Assembly (NCBI GenBank): GCA_013265495.1
Contig: MU061579.1
Coordinates: 482,872 to 546,871 of the forward strand
DNA: 64,000 nt
Source: Vicugna vicugna
Lineage: Eukaryota
Reading direction: 5' to 3'
Under the pieces are notes generated by a model that was not told the DNA's origin, did no database searches, and saw only the letters and a list, made by a program, of their open reading frames with translations. Of the stretch, positions 1-12,002 are shown in pieces. Numbering within the stretch: position 1 is the first letter of the stretch; each line of letters begins with the position of its first letter. The position numbers were made by a program, and so were the translations under genes.

Positions 1-169
1 AAATTTAGTACAAAGTTTTACAGGTATATTGAAGAGGGAGTGATTATCTTTGACGGAAGAGGGTTCGAAATATCATCACAAAGACATTATACCTGACAAG
101 AGAATATGGCTGGAAAAATACAAACTTCTTAGGATAAATCTCTACTAGGGCTCCATCACTACCTAAAAC

Positions 170-600
170 CCCTACTCTAACATTCTCAAAAAGAACCATA
201 TCTCTCCTCTTATCAGACTTTTAATGCTTTTTCCCCCTATTTCTGTAGGAAAATAGAAGAATTGCATTAGAACAATTTCATCATGTCAGCACCAAATCTC
301 TCAGCTTGCATCAATCTCTAGAACTATTTCTTTATTTTCTCCATAAAAGTGAAAGATTTTTGCCTGCTTAACTCTAAGTCCAATACCTCTATTTGTATCT
401 TGGATCCCATTGTCTCTCAACATTCAATGAGTTGTATTGTCAATGATTTTCTTTACCTCCTTCATCACTATGTTCCCCCCTTTTGTTGGATTATACCTAT
501 CAGGACTCAAGTGTACTTTGGTATCTTCAATTTTAATAAAATACTCTTTTTTTACCTCATGTCACATCACCTCACAACTAATATGTTTCTTTATCTAAGC
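170..600 (+). mobile_element. L2 LINE fragment (degenerate)
   Basis: Resembles L2 ORF2-region consensus, e.g. 'gaaaatagaag...ctctaagtccaatacctctatttgtatcttggatcccattgtctctc'. Confidence 0.55.
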
Positions 601-908
601 CTCATTGTCATTTTTTTCAGTGGTTGCTCCTGTGATTATAATTTATCTTTAATATATCAAATCTACCTTCATGTAATTATACTCTGAGAAACACAGTAGG
701 ACAGCAGAGGCAAAATAGGGCAAGATAAATATTAGGAAAAATAATGGCTGAGGAATTTAAAAATTTCTGCGTAAACCATAATCTAGAAGCTTATAAAATC
801 CGAAAGAAGGGAAAACTGCAAAGAAAAACTTAGACACATTGGAGTCAAATTTACAAAAAACAAAGATAAAAAGAAAATGTTAAAACAGAAACAAAAACAC
901 ACATTACA

Positions 909-1432
909 ATAGCCAAGACATAGAGACAGCCTCAATGTCCATCAACTGATGACTGGATAAAGATGTGGTATATTTATACGATGGAATACTATTCAGCCAT
1001 AAAAATGACAACGCCATTTGCAGCAACATGGATGCTCCTGGAGAATGTCATTCTAAGTGAAGTAAGCCAGAAAGAGAAAGAAAAATACCATATGAGGTCG
1101 CTTATATGTGGAATCTAAAAAACAAAAACAAACAAACAAAGCATAAATACAAAACAGAAATAGACTCACAGACATAGAATACGAACTTGTGGTTGCCAAG
1201 GAGGCAAGAGGTGGGAAGGGATAGACAGGATTTCAAAATTGTAAAATAGATAAACAAGATTATATGTATAGCACAGGGAAATATACACAAGATCTTATGG
1301 TAGCTCACAAAGAAAAAAATGTGACGACTATACATATGTATATGTAAACTGAAAATTGTGCTCTACACTGGAATTTGACACAACATTGTAAAATGGTTAT
1401 AAATCAATAAAAAATGTTAAAAAAAAAACCAC
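909..1432 (+). mobile_element. 5'-truncated young L1 (end of ORF2, 3' UTR, A-tail)
   Basis: 'aatgtccatcaactgatgactggataaaga...gaatactattcagccataaaa', AATAAA then A-tail; 12-bp TSD acacacattaca at 897-908 and 1433-1444. Confidence 0.95.
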
Positions 1433-1620
1433 ACACACATTACATACAGTCTCAAGGACAATAATGTGTGTGATGGTTGTCTTCTCACCTGAAAGAATGG
1501 AGGCTGAATGATAGTGGAATAACACCATTAAAGGGCCAAAAGAAAAAGAAAAAGAAACTCATCTGTTAATCTAAAATTCTGTACCTGAATAAAATAAAAT
1601 CACTCAAACTGAAAGTTGGT

Positions 1621-1752
1621 GGGGAGGATTATAGCTCGGTTGTACAGTGCATGCTTAACATGCATGAGGTCTGAGTTCAACCCCCAGTTCCTCCATTAAA
1701 AATAAATAAATAAACAAAGAAACAAACCTAATTACCTCCCTAACCCCAAAAA
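1621..1752 (+). mobile_element. tRNA-derived camelid-type SINE (vic-1-like)
   Basis: ggggagg..tagctc A box, gagttcaaccc B box, (AAAT)n, cctaattacctccc tail; homologous to the copies at 43995 and 55340. Confidence 0.9.
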
Positions 1753-1894
1753 AGGTTTTTTTTTTTAATTTAAAAAACAAAAGGAAAGTCAGATAAGTAC
1801 ATTTTTGGATATATAAAGGCTGAGAGTATTCAATTCCAATAGACCTGAACAACAAAAAAAATGCTAAAAGACTTCTTTTTTCATTCTGCAAAAT

Positions 1895-3152
1895 ATGATT
1901 CCAATTACATTTATGGCTGACAAGTTAATACTGTCCTACAGCTCTCACAGTTTCTGTTCTTTGATTCCGTTCTCTTTTCTCATCATGCTTCAGCTTAAAT
2001 ACTTTCTGTCTCTTCAAGGTCACTCATTTTCCCCTTTATGTTCAATTTGTTCATCGTTTTAATGAATTCTTCTTTTGTGATCATCCATCTATCTATCCAT
2101 CTGTCATATTCTATATATCCATTTATATACCTGTATCTTTGCATATGTATGTATCTATAGCTACATCTACCTTTACACATATGCTTATATCAGTATTTTC
2201 CCTAGCATTTTCTTTTGATTCTTTTTTGTAGAGTCTATGTTTCTTAAAATTCCCATCATTTTACACCTGTTGTCTATATTTTCCATGAAGCCCATGAGTT
2301 TCAAGTGATAATTCCAGCATCTTCACCTCTGGGTTTGTCTCTATTAACTAGATCATCTTTCAAATATGAATTACATTTACTTGCTTGTTTGAGTGTCCTA
2401 TAGTTTTTATGGAAGATCTCTCTCTGCTACACAGTCTAGCCACCCAGTTTTAGATTTCCTGTAGGATTCTCTTTGCTCTTCAAATTTGCATTAATTTTTC
2501 TATAGCTCAGGAAATGCATTTCTATGCTTCTGCCCTTCCCCCAGCATTCAGAATATGAATACCTTACTCTCCGCGGTGCCAGAGAAGATGTTTCTTATTT
2601 CTCATGTCTTTCTGAGAAGACTGCTCAGTCTTCTACAGGTGAAGACAGTCTCTCAGATTTCTTTCCACTTTCCTGCCTGCTGCCCTCTCACTCTTTGGTT
2701 CCTAAGAGAGCAAGGTGCTTTGTATCTCAGCTTTCCTTACTTGCTTTTGGCATATTGCACTCATGCACTTGAAGTAGATCCATGGGAAAGAATAAAGAGT
2801 GGGTGAAATTTGTCCTGTGCCTGGGACATCTTGGAATTTTATTGTGCCATACAAGTTCACACCCAGACATTAATGGCTTATTAACACTTAGTTTGACTTT
2901 TTCTTACTGCAGTCTTTGACATGTTCATTATTTTCTCACTTGGCCATGGATTAAAAACAGCTGAGGGTCTCTTTCTTCTATAAATGTCTTGACTTTCCCT
3001 GAAATTTAGTTTCATTAGGTTTCCTTGAATCTTGAACTTTCTGGTAAATTTTAAAATACTTTATTTTTTAGCTTCTGAAGTTGTTTATTGTTGTTAGGAT
3101 GAGAACTATAGTCTTTAATGATGCTTTAAATTCTAACTAGAAGCAGACATTC
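1895..3152 (-). mobile_element. Old L1 (L1ME-like) 5' UTR plus ORF1 N-terminal part
   Basis: Minus strand reads 'aatgagtgaccttgaaga...gagagctgtaggacagtatt...tgtaattggaatc' (ORF1), with an L1ME-like 5' end near 3150. Confidence 0.65.
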
Positions 3153-5659
3153 CCTTATTGGCTATTATTTTAGATTCAGACTCTCATCCTTTTTCTCTGT
3201 AGATTTTATTTGAAAGTCTAGTGTAAACAAGTTGGAGATGGTCTTTTGCATTCATCTTCATCCAGAGAGAAAGTATGAAGATTTAGAGCTAGAATATCTG
3301 TGTTAAAACCTACTAAATGTGGCTTACTCATTAAAAATTCTCAAGTTTCTATACTTTTTCAATCAAGTGGTATACTATTTGAAACTTCTTAATGAAACCA
3401 GTTTCAGCAGGCTTTCTTGTGACTTACAAATCAGAAGTGAAGACGAACTAAATTGGAGTTCATGAACGCTGTAAATTGCAAAGAACTGTACACCTGCTGA
3501 TTTTTATAACCATTGAGAAATAATATTTTTTTAATCAATAATGATTCTAAGATTGTATCCTAGATGCTTCCCATTTGAAACAAAATCACACATTAACAAC
3601 TCCCATCAGTTCTGGTGAATATCACTGACAGCTTCTCAAATTCTTCATCATTCGTGACAGGATGTGATTTTTTCCCTTGAGAAGTACACACAGTATAAGT
3701 GCAAGTCAGCTGGCATTTCACATACCTAAGGAAATATCTCTATTAACAGCTTATTACTAATTCATCAGTCATTCAGAATATCACACTTACTGCTTGACTG
3801 AAATATGTATGTAAATATTTAATGTCAACCCAAAGAAATTCCTTCAAAATCTATAAATTTAAATAAAATATTATTTAAATTACAAATTTTCAGTTAGAAA
3901 TAGGATGGACATGAAATGGACATGAAATGGTAAAGAAGCAAGTTTCCATGTTAGTACATTTTAAAAATGTATTTGATTCCACAGTGTGAGTTTAAATTTT
4001 TTTCCTATTTTAATATATGCCATAAATTATTTATAGTCCTAGTTCAATTACCCTTTCTTTGCAACTTACAACATTTAACATTTGCATAGCAATATTATTA
4101 TTTCTTGGTAAGGGCTGCATGAATTCTAGGTTACTTTCGATTGTTCAATGAGACCTAATAATAGTATTTCTGATGCCATCAAATTTCAACTATCCAAGCA
4201 AATGTTAACAGAGCTAACATGGATAATTGGAATCCATACATGTGTGAACAATTTCTCCAACTTTTTTTTGCTTGCTTGTTTCAAATAACAGCTTCTAGCA
4301 AAAGGGGAAATGATTGAGCCAAATAATTTCCTTTCTCTTCCAGAATCTATCTTCAGTTAAGGTGCTAATGAGAACTGTGGGGAAGTGAGCCCCTCAAATA
4401 AAGTTAGGGAAGAGGCAGGAGCCAAGTAGAATGGCAGTTGGAAAAAGTGGTAAACAAAGACATGTTTAAACTGGAATTGAATTAGGAAATTCCAAAAATG
4501 TCTGTGAAAGGCCAATCTGTATAAAGCAAAAAGATTTTCTGGGAAAAGGAAAGGAAAGGAAAAAAAAGGAGGAAGTGAAATGTATGCAGTCTATTTCAAC
4601 ATGCATTTAGGCAGCATTATTCTGCACCAAACACTGAGTTAAATATAAAATCACAATGATAATATCAGGCCTCAGATCTGGCCTATACGACTAGTAAGTG
4701 ATAGTGGTAAGTGTTACAATAGGTAAGAAAAAATCCTAAATATTTATTTTAAAAATAAACAATAATCAAAGTAATCAAGATGTTAAAGGTTTCATTACCA
4801 GTATATCCAATATTAGTTGTGGGAAAAATTGTTTTAGTAAAGAGTACTAAATAATTGCCCAGAAAAAAGAGATAATTAATAGCTAAAAGAGCCAGAGAAG
4901 GAAGTATTCACCACATAACTTTTTTTATACCATGATTATCGAATATTATCAAAAGTAGGAAACAAATAGAATAGGAGAAAAAACCCTCTTCCAAAGTATA
5001 AAAAATACAGCTAAAAATGACAGTGAAACTCAGTGTGTGCATAAAGGTCATGTGATAATGACAAAACAATATAAATACTTGGAAATAAAACATTTAGTAA
5101 TGATATTTCATATTTTGTTATCATAGCAAACTTTTGAAAACTACGTTTATTCTAAGGTGTCATGTAATGGAACTTAATTGTAACTAGCCGTTCTGAAAGG
5201 CATGCAATCTAGAAGGGGACAAAGCAGTATGTCAGAGTTGATATACTTTTATTTTTATATTTCGAATAGCCAAATAAAATGTCAAGTATGCCTTGAACAT
5301 AAGGAAAGAGACGGGACGTTTCCAGACAAAGCAGCTGGTTGCACTGTCACAGGTTAGTATCCTTTCCTTACCAAACTCCATTTGGCTATCTGCCCCATGA
5401 ATCTGATTGTACCACTTCATCTGCAGCTCAAACCATCTGAACTCCGAATGTATTGTTTGCATTTTCTTTGATAGGCATGGCATTTGTGCCTTCACTTTTC
5501 TCTTTCTGAAATTGTGAGCTTTATAGTTAATTTTGAAATATCAATGCCTTTGCTGGCTACTATTTCAGTTTCTGAATATCTGGATAGGCAATGAGAACAT
5601 CTCTTTTACTCTGTAAAAGGAAAGTTGTATTCTTAAATATTCCTTTCTTTTCAGACATC

Positions 5660-7400
5660 ATGAGCATCATATTTCCAGTTCCCATCTACTCAAGGCCAAA
5701 TTACCACAAGTGTTCCCTTAGGACTTTGTTTTGATTTCCTTATTCTAAATCATCCCATAAATTACAATTTCATCATTAAGTTTTTTTTTTATCATATTCC
5801 TTTCTTCCAATATCTCTACCACTTTTCTCTAACCTCTTTTCCTTCAGCATTTGAGTCCATTCCCAATTTGTGTAAGTACAACATTTTGGGTCTTATCTTT
5901 TACTACTTTCTCACACAGTTAATGCAAATTATTTGTATCCTGCATTCCCTTTTTTCCATAGTGTGTCCTGCTCTCTTCTCACCATTTAGGAATATTTTTC
6001 TCTTGGTCTCTATTCAAAATGCAATGTATCTAAAACTTAATTTATTATTTTTAAAGACTCAGACCTACAAACCTTTACCTATCTGTAATTTGTATACCTT
6101 GGTTAATGGTACCATCAGAAAAAAAGCCATTAATTAAACTTATAAGCTTTTGCACAGCAAAGGAAACCATAAACTAACCAAAGAGACAACCAATGGACTA
6201 GGAGAAAATATTTGCAAATGATGAGACTTACAAGGGCTTAACTTCCAGAACATAAAAGCTGCCAATACATCTCAATAAGAAAGATAGAAACAACTCAGTA
6301 AAAAAGATGGACAGAAGACCTGAAGAGACATTTATCCGGTGAAGATATACAGATGGCCAATATGCATATGAAAAGATGTTCAGTATTGCTAATTGTTAGA
6401 GAAACACAAATAACAACTACAATGAGGTATCACCTCACACCAGTCAGAATGGCCATCATTAAAAAGTCCACAAACAATAAATGCTGAAGAGGGTGTGAAG
6501 AAAAAGAAGCCCTCTTACAATGTTGGTAGGAATGCAATTTGGTGCAGCCACTATGTAAAACAGTGTGAAGCTTCCTTAAAAAACTAAAAATAGAGTTGCT
6601 ATATGATCCAACAATCCCACTCCTGGGCATATATCTGGAGAAAACTCTAATGCAAAATGATATATGCACCCCAATGTTCACAGCAGCACTGTTTACAATA
6701 GTCAAGACATGGAAGCAACCTAAATGTCCATCAACCAATTAATGGATAAAGAAGCTGTGGTATATACGTATATAATGGAATACTTCTCAGCCATGAAAAA
6801 GAATGAAATAATGCCATTTGCAGCAACATGAGTGAGCTTAGAGGCTATCATACTAAGTGAAGTAAGTCAGACAGAGAAAGACAAGTAATATATGCTATCA
6901 CTTACATGGGGAATCTAAAAAAAATGACACAAATGAACTCATCTATAAAACAGAAAGAGACCCATAAACATAGAAAGCAAACTTATGGTTACCAATTGGG
7001 AAAGGAAGAGGGAGCGATAAATTAGGAGTGTAGGATTTGCATACACTACTATATATAAAATAGATAAACAATAAGGACCTACTGTATAGCACAGGGAGCT
7101 ATGTTCCATAGCTTGTAATAACCTATAATGAAAAAGAATATATATATATTTATGTAAAACTGAATCACTATGCTATATACCAGAAACTAACACAGCATTG
7201 TAAATCAGCTATCCTTCAATAAAAAGAATTAATTTTTAACTCCCTCAGATTCAACCATTATTTTATATCATTTCAAATGCTGTTCATTCTCTTTTCAATA
7301 TCCATTTTGCAAGCTCAAAATGCCCTGCCTATCCAAAATATAGCAATAAAATCTCATCTGGTAAACTATTCCAGATTTTTTCAGATACTCTCATTTCCTT
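5660..7400 (+). mobile_element. Degenerate L2 fragment split by the L1 at 6131-7225
   Basis: L2-like pyrimidine-rich sequence ('cccatctactcaagg', 'ttggttaatggtaccatc') resumes after the L1. Confidence 0.4.
6131..7225 (+). mobile_element. 5'-truncated L1 (about 1.1 kb; disrupted ORF2 3' end plus 3' UTR)
   Basis: 'aagcttttgcacagcaaaggaaacc', 'cacctcacaccagtcagaatggccatcatt', 'caatcccactcctgggcatatatc'; imperfect TSD aaaaagccattaatt (6121-6135) / aaaaagaattaatt (7221-7234). Confidence 0.95.
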
Positions 7401-7879
7401 CTTGTCCTATAAATAAAACTTCTATTACTATGAATGTAATTCTTTGTAACATGAAAACACACACACATTAACATTTTTTAATTCATTTTAGTGTTCTTGG
7501 GTCCTGGCCTAACCTTGGTGCTTGCTACACATAGCAGACACCCAGTCAACATGAAGAAAATCAGTCTCATTGACAGAGCTCTCTTTTGCTCCTACTTCAC
7601 TTCAAGTCAGGGGTCCCTTCCTCCATGCCTTCTATGTGCCAAGAACTATGCATATTGGTTTTAGATCTTTCATGATGTGCGTACTTGTAGTGCTGTTACA
7701 TGATTAAATGGTTTGATGTTTGTCACATGTATATATGTACAAGTGACTTTCTTTTAAGAATTATGGCAATAGGTTTGAACCATAAACAGTATTATTTAGT
7801 TTTTAAGATAGTCCTGGGATTTACAGGGCTCGTACTGTGTTGATGAATTTAGGAATTATGGCTAGTATATTCATTGCAC

Positions 7880-7880
7880 C

Positions 7881-7916
<36 letters not shown>

Positions 7917-7953
7917 CCATCCATCCATCCGTCCATCTATGCATCCATCTACC
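7880..7953. repeat. Compound (CTAT)n(CCAT)n microsatellite
   Basis: Read directly. Confidence 0.95.
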
Positions 7954-8019
7954 ATTCATATTACAAAGGAGAATTCTAACTGCAAAATGCATATATGTAT
8001 ATTCACTTAATTCTGATTA

Positions 8020-8190
8020 TATGCCTATGAACTTAGTTTGATAGTATTATCGCCCTCTTTCTACAAATGAATTCACTAGACGGAAATTAAGCGAACTTTT
8101 ACAAGGTCACACGGGAAGTAAATGGAGAAAACAGTATGTAAACCTAGGCAATCTGGCTTTGAAGTCTCTACTTTTAACTGCTATGTATTG
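8020..8190 (-). mobile_element. MIR SINE
   Basis: 'acaaatgaa...aattaagcgaac...caaggtcacac...aaacctaggcaatctggct' matches the MIR core in reverse. Confidence 0.75.
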
Positions 8191-8719
8191 ATTCTGTTAT
8201 TAGTTGATAAAATAACCCAGACATTTAGGAGAACAGTGCAAAGATGAGTCTTCATTTAAAATTTAAAATCTCCTCAAACTTGTGTTTTCTGTATTGTAAA
8301 CATAAAAAAAAAATTTTGTTATTGGGGATTGGGAAAGCATCATGGTGCCTCAATCAACTCTTTGGTGTCTCTCCTGGTGGAAAAACAGGTGGTACCAAGG
8401 AGAGACATGTGTGAATAAGAGAGTATATATTTATGGAACACACTGGAGATTAAAAACTATTATTATTTTTAGAAATTATATGGAATCACAGGGTCAAACT
8501 TAAGCAAATGGTGGTTGTCTTAAAGTAAAATTTGTTGAACAAGACAAGAAGGTAAAAAAAGAAAAAGATAATTTTAACATATACCAATTATTTTTACCTT
8601 GTAAAAATCTAAATAAATTCAATTCTTTGGAAAAAAATTTGTTTCTCTTTGTAACTCAGTGCAGCACTTCCCTAAATCAGCAATATTTTGTTCTGAAAAT
8701 AGTGTTATGAATATATTTT

Positions 8720-8960
8720 GAATGCACTGTTTAAACATGTGGATTTTGCTGATTTTACATTGGAAATAGGGCACAGCTCACGCGAAGTATTAATTGATTT
8801 ATAGCTAGCTCAGTTGACTGTGATTTCATGGAGCGCAAATGTACTTACAGTAAGTGTTATGACCTCCCAGGGGAGAGTCCGTGATATTGAGCAAAACAGC
8901 TACTGGAGAAATATTAACCAATTTCTGCCTAGCTTCTAATGTGTCTGAAGAGAGCTTTTG
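8720..8960. promoter_or_regulatory. Candidate enhancer / conserved non-coding element
   Basis: Repeat-free; TAATTG overlapping Pbx-Hox TGATTTAT (8791-8802), TGACCT (8860-8865), EBF-type TCCCAGGGGA (8865-8874). Confidence 0.4.
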
Positions 8961-10176
8961 TTTTGTAGACAATCTTGCTGCTTTCGCTATCATGTAGGAT
9001 TTTAGCCAGGCTTAGAGTAGTTTCCCATTAAGGGGGTTGGGGGTGGGGGAAGATGAATAAATGGGACTGTAAAATATTAAGATATGAGCAGAGAATAGGA
9101 AGGAAAAGAGGCAGGCAGCCAACCAAATCTCATTTATACACCATATTAGTCTGCACTTCCCCTGTGTGCTTGACTACCAAATGCCTTCACTCTCTTTCTT
9201 CTCCATTCACTATCCCTCAGCTGGCTGGGCTGAAAAGATAAGGACCCGTTTCCTTAGGGGAATGAGTTCTTGTAACAGTTAATCGACCCGCTAAGGGCTG
9301 AAGCACCCAAGGTAAGGCGCCTCCATAGATCTGGAAAGGACAACCTGCCTCCCAGGAAGCATGACTTTCCAGAGACATTTGGAAGTTTATTGATTTCAAG
9401 AGAACTGAAATCTCGGATGTATGTGCTGTTTTCTCAGAGGAGTTTATCAGAGCACTATGACATTTCTGGCTCTGTGTCTCCACTTTGGGTAACAGGAGAG
9501 AGTCATTGTCACCACTTAAATATTAGACTGGGACAACGAATATCACAGAGGGTTTTTTTAAAATATGAAATACATCTTTCTTATGGAAATGTTCTCATTA
9601 TTAATAGTGACATAATTATGCTGATAATTATCTTTTATCCCATTTCCTCTCTAGCTTTCATGGTCCCAGAATGTGTCTAACTCACCTTTGTATCTCTTTA
9701 AGTCCTGAGAATGTGCCCTGCCTTTAATATAGGTTCTCAATATGAAAAAGAGATTGTTCTCTAAAATCCATGTAGCTCCTGAAATAAATCAATAAAAGGC
9801 ACCAAAATATCAACTTAAAATCAACTTTTGAATCTTATTTTTTAATTTGTTTTTTAAACTAATGTCAAGTCCATATAATGTGTCTAATAGTCTTGATTAC
9901 TTTCACAAGCTTTCCTTAAAAAGTTAATTTTGCATTCAGTCTACCTTGAAACACTCTTGCCAGTCTCATCATCATTTTAAAGTGAAGAAAAGAAGTACCC
10001 AAATTTAAATGTTTTTAACATTGAACAGTAGAATTCAGACCCAGCAAACTGGAGCCTAAGATTAGAGTTTTTGTCCTGTGATACCATGCCTAGATTATTT
10101 TTTTCAAATATTTAATCTTAAAAGCCAGCAAACAATCATCTTAAACAGGAATTTTGTAGTTTGTTTATTTTCATTG

Positions 10177-10216
10177 TATATATATATATATATATACACA
10201 CACACATATATATATG
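10177..10216. repeat. (TA)n(CA)n(TA)n microsatellite
   Basis: Read directly. Confidence 0.9.
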
Positions 10217-11073
10217 TCTACCTTTTAAATGTCAGAGTGTGGAAAATACAAGTGATGACAGGGGATAAGGGACTTAAAATGACTTGACACCAGGTTTTAC
10301 AGAATTCTCGGGGGGGGTGACATTCTAAAAGCATACCACCTAGAAGGCAGAAAACTCTAGTGCAAATTGATATAAAAATATCTATCAGAGCATTTGTTTT
10401 CATTGCTACCTTGCACGTTTAAAATTGTCTGCCATATTCTGAATTAGAACAAGAAATATGTGTTTGCTCATCTCTTTGATAACTGGTTAATTGAATCAAA
10501 CTTCTTGACTACCTTAACTTAGGATAAGATATGCCAAAGCTTCTTAGATAAAAATCTTTTAAGTTTATATATCATATTTTATGAATGTTATTAATTTAAA
10601 TCTGATGAATGGTTAGATTTTTAACATGCATTTTTGTAGGCATTTCTAGACACTGTAATGGTATTTTGATAAAACTTAATGAACCAAGTTATCATTTGCA
10701 TGGTCTAGAGGACTATTATGAATGTATTTAAATTTTTTTTAAACTATCTCCTAGAAGTCAATATAACTGCAGTTAGAAGGATATGCTTTATTTTCAGAGA
10801 AAGCATGCAAGGAGAATATTTTTTTCAAACTATGGTTTAATGTGTCCATTGAGTTAATCTTGACACAGATTCTCCAATCTCTGCCTCCTTGGTTGTCTCT
10901 TTAATAGGCAATGGAATAGATGGAATACTTTAAGATAGAATAGGTAGGAAAGGATAGGTAGAATACAATAGACTGACCTGGAATAAAATATAATAAAATA
11001 TAGTAGAGGTTATCATAGATAATGAAGGTTAATGTTATTTTGTGAAATATTCATATAAAATTATGTATTCATA

Positions 11074-11518
11074 TCTTATCCAGCAGAAGGAATTCTCCAG
11101 GAAGTAGAATCTGTGACAAAGTTTAGTGTAAGGGGAAGGTTTATAAGTGAATGCCCTCGGGGAGTGTGTGAGAGGCACCTGGCGAAGGAAGAAGTATATT
11201 GGGCAATTGGAGAGGTCAAGATGCCATGCCATCTCCATGGAAACCTAGGCTGACCTTGCGCAGGGTGATGAAGGCATGAAGTCCCTTCAGAACTATACTG
11301 AGGAGGGGAAAGGGGATTGTGTCTTTATCCCCTTCCCCACATGTTAATCAGTCATTGGATGCAAGCTGCTCAGGGAATCTTGGGTGAAGTGGTCCTTTTC
11401 AGTTGAGATAATTCACAAAGAGGATTCCTAATATTTGAATATTTTTGGCCAGCAGCACACCCAGTAGGCTCTTTATTCATGGAGGGAGATCTTAGCGGAG
11501 TATCACAGCATCCATCAA
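11074..11518 (-). mobile_element. ERVL solo LTR, LTR16C-like
   Basis: Minus strand 'tggatgctgtg...gcatccaatgactga...ataaag...tctgaaggg...tgcccaat...agattctacttcctggaga' resembles the LTR16 consensus. Confidence 0.7.
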
Positions 11519-11569
11519 ATCTTGTAACAATTCTAAAATGCTCACCTTTTGGATTAAGACAGATAGTAA

Positions 11570-12002
11570 TTTAGCAGTGTTCCTCTCAAATTCTTGAGCA
11601 TCTGTAGCCCCAGAATATGATCTTATTTAGAAAGAAGGTCTTTGCAGATGTAATAAAGATAAGGATTGGGATAAAATAATACTGGCATAGTGTGGGCTCT
11701 AAATCCAATGAGAATATAAGAGACAGAAAAGGACACACAGAGACACACGGAAGGAGGCCATATGATGCTGCAGGCAGAAATTAGAAAGAGTTATGTAGCC
11801 ACAAGACAAGGAAATGCCTGCAGACACCAGAAGCTGCAAGAGGTAAGGACGATTTCTTATTTACAAACTTTGGAGGGATTGCAGCGCTTCTGAAAACTTG
11901 ATTTTGGACTTCTGGCCTCTAGACTTTTGAAAGAATAAATTTTTGTTGTTTTAAGCCACGAAGTTTGTAGTAATTTGATACAGCAGCCTTAGGAAATTAA
12001 CA
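11570..12002 (+). mobile_element. MaLR solo LTR, MLT1C-like
   Basis: 'ggtctttgcagatgtaat', 'caccagaagctg', 'ttgattttggacttctggcctc', 'aataaatttttgttgttttaagccac', ends 'aggaaattaaca'. Confidence 0.9.

Larger units (their letters stand above)
690..1878 (+). mobile_element. Old L1 (L1M/L1ME-like) ORF1 C-terminal fragment, interrupted by a young L1 and a SINE
   Basis: 'aaaataatggctgaggaattt', 'tagacacattggagtcaaa', 'cttctcacctgaaagaatggaggc', 'agacctgaacaacaaaaaaaatgctaaaagacttctt' follow L1 ORF1 order across both insertions. Confidence 0.7.

Noticed and set aside
6430..6738. 102-aa minus-strand ORF (similarly 1102-1335, 48723-49028, 49139-49321)
   Set aside because: Antisense reading frames of L1 ORF2/3' UTR, not host genes
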